DNA from: Callorhinchus milii | Taxonomy: Eukaryota | DNA length: 64,000 nt | Direction of reading: 5' to 3' | NCBI RefSeq assembly: GCF_018977255.1 | Contig: NW_024704742.1 | Coordinates: 130,388,001 to 130,452,000 of the forward strand | Shown: positions 55,101 to 64,000 of the stretch, piece after piece | Layout: the number at the start of each line of letters is the position of its first letter | How positions within the stretch are numbered: position 1 is the first letter of the stretch | Translations under genes and position numbers: made by a program | Notes under the pieces: generated by a model | The model's database searches: none | The model's input: the letters and a program-made list of their open reading frames with translations, nothing else | What the model was told of the DNA's origin: nothing

Positions 55101-58100
55101 GCTATATCAAATGCGGGGATTATTATTATTATTATTATTATGGTTCAGGCCTTGCTCAAGAATTAACAAGCCTGCAACAGAGGGTTGATATGATTCTGAC
55201 GTTCCATTGCCAAGCACATCACCTTGGAGCCAGCTAAACCAGAAGAAATTACCTTCCCCTCAAGGTCTACAGACACTAGTTAGGGGAAAAATGGTTCATC
55301 AGGTCATTTTGTGCCAAAAATAATCAGACTTGTTTTTTAAAAAAAAGTTAACACTAAAAAAATCAATCTGTCTAGTATTGAATGGACAGAGACGAAAACT
55401 CAACTGTTCTCTCGATATCTAAAATAAAAGTTCTCTTAAATTCCTTTTAACACAACCGAAAAAAAATTGGCCTCTATTCTAACTGTTTTAATTTAACCCA
55501 ATTGATTCTAGCTGCTGACAGTTTAACATTTATTTTAAACATGTCACCAAATGAACGAGCAAAAGGACAGCTTTCTGAAGAGTGCCTAGCAACAGAGAGT
55601 AGACATTTATACAAGTTACAGCTAAGCAAGGAAATCTCCCATTGAAATAAACCTTTCCACTAAGTGGTAGAGCACAATCCTTGGATGTGCTGCTAAATTA
55701 GTCCTTAATTGCCAAAGGTCTAAAATGTCTCTGGTCAAAGCATTTAGTGAAAAATAAGGCTCCCGCTATATGGAAAACAAAGATTGCTCTGGGACACTAC
55801 CCTGTGTGAGGGGCGCTATATAAATGCAAGTTGTTGTTGATGTTGCTGTACAGATTCTTTCAAAAATACTTCAATGAAACAGCCAGATAATAGGAATTCA
55901 TACCATTATTTGTCTTCAACCTTCAAGCTAATAAAAAAATGCTGCAGTAAATTGTCAAGGTTGAACTACACTGCATAATAGAATTAGAACATCCAAAATG
56001 TATTTTATCCAGGTTTTATCCTATGGTTAGATATACATCTTTATACTGTAGTTACATTATCAGTATTCACACAATGCATGCAGTTTTCAAAACACTTTTG
56101 AGTGATTACTATCGTGCAAACTTGGTCACAAAGCTCTTGGCTCAAAGAGTAAACAGTTTCAAGTCATCTCTTGCTTGTACCAATCTTGCACCGTTGCAAA
56201 TATCATTGGCATGTTACACATAACAAGGTTAATGCTGTAGTATGGCAAATCAGTCCGATGTTCACTACCAGAAGAATGCAAGACTGGGAGCAAAACAAGC
56301 AACGTAACTTGCATAACTCCCAAAATACTCAAATCAGAAGAAGGGAAGTATATTGTAGCTGGAAGGTTACTGCTACATTTATACTGTCGTACTTAATGCT
56401 CACAAGCATCACGGGCACAAATGAACAAAGCCTTCAGCAGATTCTATTTACAGAATATCCAGAGCACATTTTTTGGAACATTTTAAACCTTAGTTCAGGG
56501 ATGACTTTGTAAAGATGTGCAGTAGTTAGAAGCTGCAGTGAGATATGTACTGCAATATATGCACTCTTGGAGGCTGCACCACAGTGCTGCAGCGAGAGAT
56601 ATACTGCAATGTATGCATTTCTGACGGATACTGTTTAGAGCGCAAGATTGCACAAGTTTCCATAAAACTCTGCCAGTATCGATTTTCTGTCATTTCTGTG
56701 ACATCCACATTTTAAATGCATTCAATAGGAATATGAATGATTGCACATGGTTAAAGGCAAACGTGTAACTCAGTTTATTTATGCAAGGTTCAAACACATT
56801 AATAAACATCATTCTGAAAGAAAATCAGTGAAACAACTAAAAATGCTGTATATTGCATGATTCTCCTCTTCCCCTTAATGGGTGTACATCAAACTGGCTC
56901 CAGAGCCAGGTACTGGCAACCCTCCAGTAGCTCAACTGTGCCTGTCACAGAGCATCAAAGCCAAATCCAATCCTGTCCTCACTTCACATTCATTCAAACA
57001 ATTTTACTTCCACCAGAGGACAGTAATAATAATTTCCACTCTGTACATTCCTACATGTATAATAAATAATAATCCTTGCATTTTTTGCACCTTTGAGAGA
57101 ATGTCCCAAAGAGCTTTACTGTGAAGTGACTGTATTTGTAGGCGAATTGCTCACAGCAATGTACCACAAACAGCCATGCAATGAATGACCATTTTTATTT
57201 GGAGGATTGTTGGGCAGAAAGAACACCGGGAGAAACTCCCTTCTCTGTGCAGTGCCATGGGATCTTTAATGTTGATCCGAACGGGCAGACAGGATCTCAG
57301 TTTAACATCTCAACCAAAGGGGCTAACGAATAGTGGCGAGAGTGGAAAATCTAACCAATTTTTCTTCTCCCTCATATATAGACACCATCTTGTTCAATGC
57401 AATGGCAGTGCCCAAGAGAGATGAGCTAACCCAAACATTGTTTTTGTCAGCTCAGTAACTGACATGTGGAAACCCATCGCTATGCTTACGAGTATCCAAA
57501 TGAACAGAGTTCCACATATGCATGGAACGTTCCCTGGGAATAGAATATGTTCTCTATTCCTGGAAGGATGCACCCTGAATCCTAACTCTGGAAAGCATTA
57601 GGCACGGACCAAAGAATACTATTCTATATGGTTAAACCCCAACAAAAAAAAACTTTGTAATGAGCTAATGGTAAAGCTGCGACTCCTGCTTTGTTATTTT
57701 GCCTGATAATACAAAATGGAATTCCCACACAATATTTCATAATTATTTCCCCACCACCACACAATGAAGTGGGTTGGGTACTTCCAATATTCTAAGTTGC
57801 AAAGAACTTAATTTGTACCACCGATTTCACCCTCCCATCTTAACCAAAAAGACTAAACCTGTTGCACCAGTCAGTGACAGCACATTGGAGCACCAATTCA
57901 CTACACTTGCGACTTTGATGCATTTTCACAAGATCAAGTGCACCTGGCACAGCTCAGGTCTGCAATTTTTTCCCCAAACCGTTCAATTTTCAACAGTTCA
58001 ACCTCATCTATTTAAGGAAATAACGTACTCTACAACAACTTTGCTCAGCTTTACTAAAGTTAGTTATCTCACTTAGATGCTTCAGATTGCTCTATGTAGT

Positions 58101-59532
58101 GCAACTAAAATTGTAACCCTAAAGGATTGATATCTGCAGAAATAGTCTAGATCAAAGGTTTCTTTTGAAGAGAAAGGGAGATATACAGGTTAATGTCACA
58201 CTTTGTCCCCCAAAAAGCAAGTTGAATTCTGTGCTTATTTTGCAACATACCATTTTGCAATGCCAAAAGCATTGCGAAAGTGATAAAGAACCTTTTTTCC
58301 TGGATGAAGCAAACAGTAACCTGACCTCATGTGTCAAACCCCCAAAAATCCTGAAAACTACCTACTCGCAAATGAAGAAAACTTAAATAATCAAACCTCT
58401 TTACTAGGTTGCATGTTATTTTCCTATATATAAGCGGCATGATGGTTGCATCGAGTGACCACAAGGCAGCTTTAGACATTTGTTTACAAAAGATCAAAGC
58501 TACCAAGATTAATCTGCCACAACATATTTTTTCCCCAAGAAAACACCAAGTCGACAAATATAATTCAGGCAGGCCCTTCGGCTTTTTATAACCTTGGTTG
58601 GAATAACCAACAACCTACGACAATAATATGTTCCCCCTCAGCTCAGATAGCCACATTTATGAAATCCTGCTTCCCAGTACCAGATTTTAAGGAGACCAGT
58701 GTGGGAGATTAATAAGTAACCCATCCCCTTTATTAGTGATGGTGAAAGAGAAGAGAATCTGCTGCAATAAGGGATACTGGGAAACAGTAATGCAGTTTAT
58801 TACTGCGCAGATGGCGATTCAATGCAGTCAGCGGGTTTCTTTGTACAAAAACAAACCGCTGAGCACACTGTCCACACACTACTCACAAAATAACACCAGA
58901 TTTAGAAACAGAGTACAAGCCATCGCTGACAGCAGTTCCTTCGATGACATAGGAGGTGGGGAAGAAAAACATTTACACAAAAGAACTGTATCGGGTTAGT
59001 ACATTCCTACTGATGACAGTACTGTTACTTAAAAACACTAGGCATAGAATCTCCCTGTGCCACATTACGCCAGCTTTACATTAAGTGGACTTATCTTTGC
59101 TTTTAAAATGTGTAGGGTCCCAAAGACATTGCCATCAAGCAAAGGCACAGGCATTTGTGTTTGGGGAATATCCTTCCAGCTCAACTTAAAAAAAAATAAA
59201 CACACACACACAATACATTCACTTCCAAGTTCACAACTCAAGCCCCTGAATAAAACACCACCATTCATGTCTATCTGGTAAGGCCAACAAATAAACGTGT
59301 AGGCACTGAAACCCAACTCATAACAGATGCAGCAGCAGTAACAACAAAAAAAAAACCCACATCGTGCCCAAAGCTTCCACTGCAACCAAAACCTCTTGCA
59401 CACGATTTTTTTTTTGGGGGGGGAAACTAAAAAAAAAACTACCAAAACGTTCAAACACAACGCCAATTCAAGACCATCTTCGGCTGTAAGCTTTGGGGCA
59501 TAAACATCACATCCCCAAACAGAACACAGCAA

Positions 59533-59534
59533 CA

Positions 59535-59570
<36 letters not shown>

Positions 59571-59571
59571 A
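59533..59571. repeat. (AAAG)n microsatellite
   Basis: Direct reading. Confidence 0.9.
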
Positions 59572-59838
59572 GACGAGGTTTAAATTTGGGGACACGAACA
59601 AAACAACAAAAACAAAAACAACACTGGGTCATCAAACCCGTGTGGACAAGACCCAAAATCTAACCATCCCCAACAAATACAACACCCTAAACATACAGGA
59701 AAATCCTAAAATCGAGCTGACCTTCTCCCCCCAACCAACCACCCCCTACATACTACATACTACATACTACATACATGACCCCCTTTCTCTGACAATGCTA
59801 AAGCTGGTCCATCCATCCGAGATGTAAAAGGGTCTCTG

Positions 59839-59860
59839 ATACACACACATATATATAGAT

Positions 59861-59897
<37 letters not shown>
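59839..59897 (-). repeat. (TA)n/(TG)n microsatellite abutting the exon 1 splice donor
   Basis: Minus strand reads GTATATATAT...TGTGTGTG directly after the exon. Confidence 0.95.
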
Positions 59898-59898
59898 C

Positions 59899-60075
59899 CT
59901 TAAAATATCCTCCTTCGTACAGTGTGTTGGGGGGCCCGAATATCGCCACTTCCCAATTGTAGAGGTCGGACTCGTCCACCAGAGTGATCCTGAAGCCTTC
60001 CACCGGCTCTTCCTGCAAACTCTTCAGCTCCAACATCAAGGCTTTCTGAGAGCTCGTCATCTGCTGCTGAGCCAT
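59899..60075 (-). CDS. UBE2R2: Ubiquitin-conjugating enzyme E2 R2 (CDC34B), coding exon 1 (59 codons, phase 0)
   Basis: Translates MAQQQMTSSQKALMLELKSLQEEPVEGFRITLVDESDLYNWEVAIFGPPNTLYEGGYFK, the vertebrate UBE2R2 N-terminus (the paralog CDC34 starts MARPLVPS). Strong Kozak context gccATGG. Ends at donor AAG|GTATAT (intron starts 59898). The rest of the ORF-track call is intronic microsatellite. Confidence 0.97.
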
Positions 60076-60704
60076 GGCGGGGGGCGATCAACCGGGTTAC
60101 ACACGGCAGGGATAAGACAGACGAGAGAGAGATTTGGAGTGGGGGGGTTGTTGTTGTTGTTTTTTTTTGGGGGGGGAGGGGGAGAGTGGGGGGGGAGGAG
60201 AGGGGGGGAAGGGGGAGAGTGGGAGAGGGGGAAAGGGGGTTGTGGTTGTGGGAGAGGGAAGATGAATGGGGTCCTTTTAAGAGGGGGGGGAATAAATAAA
60301 CCACTGGAAAAATAAAGAGATTGTGGGGGGGAGGGGGAGGGGGGGGGGTCGTCTGAGAATCTGGTGGGAATCAATAAACTACTGAAAAATAATAATAATT
60401 AATGATGGTGGTGGTGATGGTGATAGTAACACACACACACACACAAAAAAAAAGGAAGAACAAACAGCACCTCCCCGGGGGAGTGAGGGGGGGTTATAAG
60501 GATATTCGGGGATAGGCTCTGACTCCCAAACAAATAGGAGAAGTTCAGAGAAAGAGAGAGAGAGGGAGAGAGAGAGAGAGAGGGAGAGAGAGAGAGAGAG
60601 AGGAAAATCAAGGGACTTGTCCTTTTTTTCCTCCTTCACACCGCAACACAAGGGGGGAGAGGAGGAGAGAGGGAGGGAGGAGGGGGGGAGGGGGAGGGCG
60701 GCCT

Positions 60705-60752
60705 TTAAACCCACTCTCCACACATCACTGAGAAGGATAGCGATTGCATCAT
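60705..60752 (-). other. Candidate upstream ORF MMQSLSFSVMCGEWV* in the UBE2R2 leader
   Basis: Minus strand reads ATG ATG CAA TCG CTA TCC TTC TCA GTG ATG TGT GGA GAG TGG GTT TAA. It contains the only three minus-strand ATGs between 60076 and 62134. Confidence 0.5.
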
Positions 60753-60797
60753 ATGGGGATAAAAAAAAGTCAGGCCCCGGGCTCGGGTCTCTCTCTG

Positions 60798-60828
<31 letters not shown>

Positions 60829-60830
<2 letters not shown>

Positions 60831-61933
60831 GCTCACACTCAGGCCCTCTCTCTCTCTCTCTCTCTCTGCTCACACTCAGGCCCTCTCTCTCTCTCTCTCT
60901 CTCTGCTCACACTCAGGCCCCAGCTCTCTCTCTCTCTCTCTCTCTCTGCTCACACTCAGGCCCCAGCTCTCTCTCTCTCTCTCTCTCTCTGCTCACACTC
61001 AGGCCCCAGCTCTCTCTCTCTCTCTGCTCACACTCAGGCCCCAGCTCTCTCTCTCTCTCTCTCTCTCTGCTCACACTCAGGCCCCAGCTCTCTCTCTCTT
61101 TCTCTGCTCACACTCAGGCCCCAGCTCTCTCTCTCTCTCTGCTCACACTCAGGCCCCAGCTCTCTCTCTCTCTCTCTCTGCTCACACTCAGGCCCCAGCT
61201 CTCTCTCTCTCTCTCTCTCTCTCTGCTCACACTCAGGCCCTCTCTCTCTCTCTCTGCTCACACTCAGGCCCCAGCTCTCGCTCTCTCTCTGCTCACACTC
61301 AGGCCCCAGCTCTCTCTCTCTGCTCACACTCGGGCCCCAGCTCTCTCTTTCTTCACTAACACTCTATCTCTGCTCACACTCAGGCCCCAGCTCTCTCTCT
61401 CTCTCTTCACTAACACTATCTTTGCTCACACTCAGACCCCAGCTCTCTCTCTCTCTCTCTGCTCACACTCAGGCCCCAGCTCTCTCTCTCTCTGCTCACA
61501 CTCAGGCCCCAGCTCTCTCTCTCTCTGCTCACACTCAGGCCCCAGCTCTCTCTCTCTCTCTCTGCTCACACTCAGGCCCCAACTCTCTCTCTCTCTCTCT
61601 CTGCTCACACTCAGGCCCCAGCTCTCTCTTTCTTCACTAACACACACTCTCTCTCTCTCTGCTCACACTCAGGCCCCAACTCTCTCTCTCTCTCTCTCTC
61701 TGCTCACACTCAGGCCCCAGCTCTCTCTTTCTTCACTAACACACTCTCTCTCTCTCTCTCTGCTCACACTCAGGCCCCAGCTCTCTCTCTCTGCTCACAC
61801 TCAGGCCCCAGCTCTCTCTCTCTTCACTAACACACTCTCTCTCTCTCTCTCTGCTCACACTCAGGCCCCGGGTCTCTCTCTTCACAGACACTCAGGCCCC
61901 GGGTCTCTCTCTTCACAGACACTCAGGCCCGGG
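60829..61933. repeat. Compound minisatellite: ~26 units of GCTCACACTCAGGCCCCAG plus a variable (CT)n spacer, and 2 variant terminal units
   Basis: Counted directly. Some spacers carry a TTCACTAACAC insert. Terminal units read CAGACACTCAGGCCCCGGGTCTCTC. Confidence 0.95.
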
Positions 61934-62210
61934 CTGGCTGGAGCTCTGGTCTCTCTGCCTCCCCCCCCCCTGGCTGACTGACTGGCTGACTGACTGGCTG
62001 CCTGACGAGTCCTCCCAGCTGCTCCTCCAAGCCAACCAGATGCACAAGATGGTCCGGGGCGAGCGCCGCCACCGCCGATTGTGACGTAACCGCTCCTTGG
62101 GGGCGTGGGAAGATTCCGAGAAACCAACACTGAGCATGCGCAGCGCCCAGTGTGGGGTGGGGGGAGGGGGAGGGGGGGGGGAGTGTGTGAGTGTCACGTG
62201 GGGCTGCTTT
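61930..62210 (-). promoter_or_regulatory. CpG-rich promoter region of UBE2R2
   Basis: CpG-dense. GTGACGTAA (CRE/ATF-like) at 62081, TGAGCATGCGCA (NRF1-like) at 62131, GTCACGTG (USF/E-box) at 62193, and G-tracts. Lies upstream of the UBE2R2 ATG. Confidence 0.7.
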
Positions 62211-62269
62211 CTCTGCTCAGTCTGGTGTCTTGGTCCCCTCCTTCCTCTGGGAAGGACTGAAGCGTTACC

Positions 62270-62688
62270 AACCCGCTTGCCCCACGCCCCCCCCCCCCCC
62301 CGCCCCCGGGACCCCCCCCGCCCTGCTCGCTCGCTCCACCATCAGCGTTCAGCCGGTCCGAAACGCCACCCTCGCCCTCTCCTTTCTTTCCATCAAGACC
62401 TTCCTCTTCGATCGTGCCTTCGGTCATCTTCTCGCCCACCCCCCCCCCACCCCCCCACTTTGCTCTCCATCCTTCTTGACTCCAACCCCTCGTTCGGCGA
62501 CGGACACGAGAACGTAAAAATTTGCTGGACGAAAGAAGAAGACCCGAGGTCCATCTCGTTCACGTTCCACCGTCCTGGCGTTCACTTGGCATGCCATATC
62601 CCAAACTATATGCCGTATCTCTTCACTGTCTAGCGCCTTGGGCCGTCCTCGTGACATGAAAGGCACTAAATAAATGCAATTTGTTGTC
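62270..62688 (+). mobile_element. Degenerate L2 3' fragment beside the promoter
   Basis: CAAGACCTTCCTCTTCGATCGTGCCTTCGG and GCGCCTTGGG..GAAAGGCAC..AAATGCAATTTGTTG match the L2 3' consensus in this window. Confidence 0.7.
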
Positions 62689-63184
62689 TGATGTATGCTG
62701 AAGTCGATCATTGTGCTTAAGAGTGATCAAACCAGACGAAGAGTTGCACATGTGAGCTGTCACCTTCATTCCCGCCACTCCCACTGTCGCAAATTATTAG
62801 GTTGTCAGCCCGGCTCAGTTGTTAGCACTCAAACCTTTCAGTCAGGTTGTGGGTTCAAGCCCCATGTCCTGCGCCTGAATCTTATATTGTCTAATCTGAT
62901 GCTCTGGCGCATTGCTTGGGTTATGCAGAATTGTCGGTGGTGCCATCCTTTAGAAACTAGAGATGTTAAAGCGAGATCTCGTCTGCCTGTTCAAATGGCG
63001 TTAAAGATCCCATGACACTATTCGAAATTGGTTGGGAGTTTCTCCCAGTGTGAGGTACTTCATGGCGAGGCACACAGCACACAGAGTTTTTTTCACTAAC
63101 GAATAATCCACCAAATAAAATTGGTTGTTCACGTTGTAATGATCCTCAATCCTCAACAACTGGTGTATTCAGTAACTACTTCAA

Positions 63185-63358
63185 GACCCATCTCAAGACC
63201 CTCCTCTTCGACTGTGCTTTTGATCACCTTCCCTCCCGCCCTCCACCCTCCCCAATCTCAACCCTCAGCTCGGGTCTGAAACACTGATTGTCCAGCGCTT
63301 TGGGACGTCCTCTCGATGTGAAAGGCACTATACAAATGTAATTTTGTTGTTGTTATTG
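63185..63358 (+). mobile_element. L2 3' end
   Basis: Same 3' consensus, with GCGCTTTGGGACGTCCTC..GTGAAAGGC hairpin and (TTG)n tail. Confidence 0.85.
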
Positions 63359-64000
63359 TACTTTTTATCAGTTTGCAACACTCGAATACTCCAACCATAG
63401 CCCACAACGACAGGGCCTTCCCAGGATCCCTTTTATACTTCTAGCTTCAATTTCATTGCTTCTTCTCAAATTATCCATTACTCATAAAGGATACCTAACA
63501 CACTTCAAGACTGATTGTGAGATATTGCTGTGCACAAATTGGCTGCCCTGTTCGTTCATAAAACACACAATCACTCTATTATGCAGTATATTCTGGCTAA
63601 TGTTCAGGTTGACACACCTCCAAAGGTAGCACAACATACAATACAGCTATCAATCCCTCAGTAATGGACTACAGTCAACCTGGATTATGAATACATGTTT
63701 TGGTACCACATCAGCTTGACACACATTTGATGTATGGCAAAGTAAAAAAATACTCTACTGTATGTCTAGCCATGCACTACCTCAAATGAGGGCAGTTGAT
63801 GCTGATGCTAGGTGCCAAAAGTGGAAACATGTTTCATTTATCAGGGTGGAAAAATCTTGCCTGATCAATGTAGATAAAAATTCTTGGTTGTATTTAACTT
63901 AATGATTTACTGCAGCAATACATCATCTTGAGACTGCTTGGAGTATTGCTGTAATGAGAATGAAGGTCAACTGCATTGTTACTGCTCTGAGTTCCTCTCC

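Noticed and set aside
59767..59898. Extension of the UBE2R2 ORF (VYIYIYICVCV...)
   Set aside because: Intronic microsatellite after the splice donor.
60829..61933. CRISPR-like array of constant repeats with variable spacers
   Set aside because: Spacers are only (CT)n length variants, the context is vertebrate, and there are no cas genes.
60617..61981. 454 aa and 298 aa plus-strand ORFs
   Set aside because: Translations of the stop-poor minisatellite, with non-ATG starts, antisense to UBE2R2.

Overview
Eukaryotic vertebrate DNA, very probably from a cartilaginous fish. This is inferred from the repeats: SacSINE1-like DeuSINEs, young L2 and CR1 LINEs, and a shark-type Penelope palindrome. The only protein-coding sequence I recognise is coding exon 1 of UBE2R2 (CDC34B) on the minus strand (60075-59899). 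It has a GC-rich promoter-like region near 62.0-62.2 kb and a ~2 kb leader containing a compound minisatellite and a single uORF. Exon 2 was not found, so 59898-1 is probably all intron 1. The intron is packed with two tRNA-derived SINE families that share a 3' half, plus L2 and CR1 fragments, MITE-like palindromes and microsatellites. The most notable non-routine signals are: a second CpG-island promoter inside the intron with a non-coding exon ending at a perfect donor (~44.5-43.8 kb); a candidate recursive splice site at 6233; a hammerhead-like motif in a Penelope palindrome; and a chimeric Meta/Deu-type SINE whose subfamily carries the 3' hairpin of the youngest L2. Repeat boundaries were read by eye and are approximate. 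Family names come from recalled consensus sequences, not from a search.
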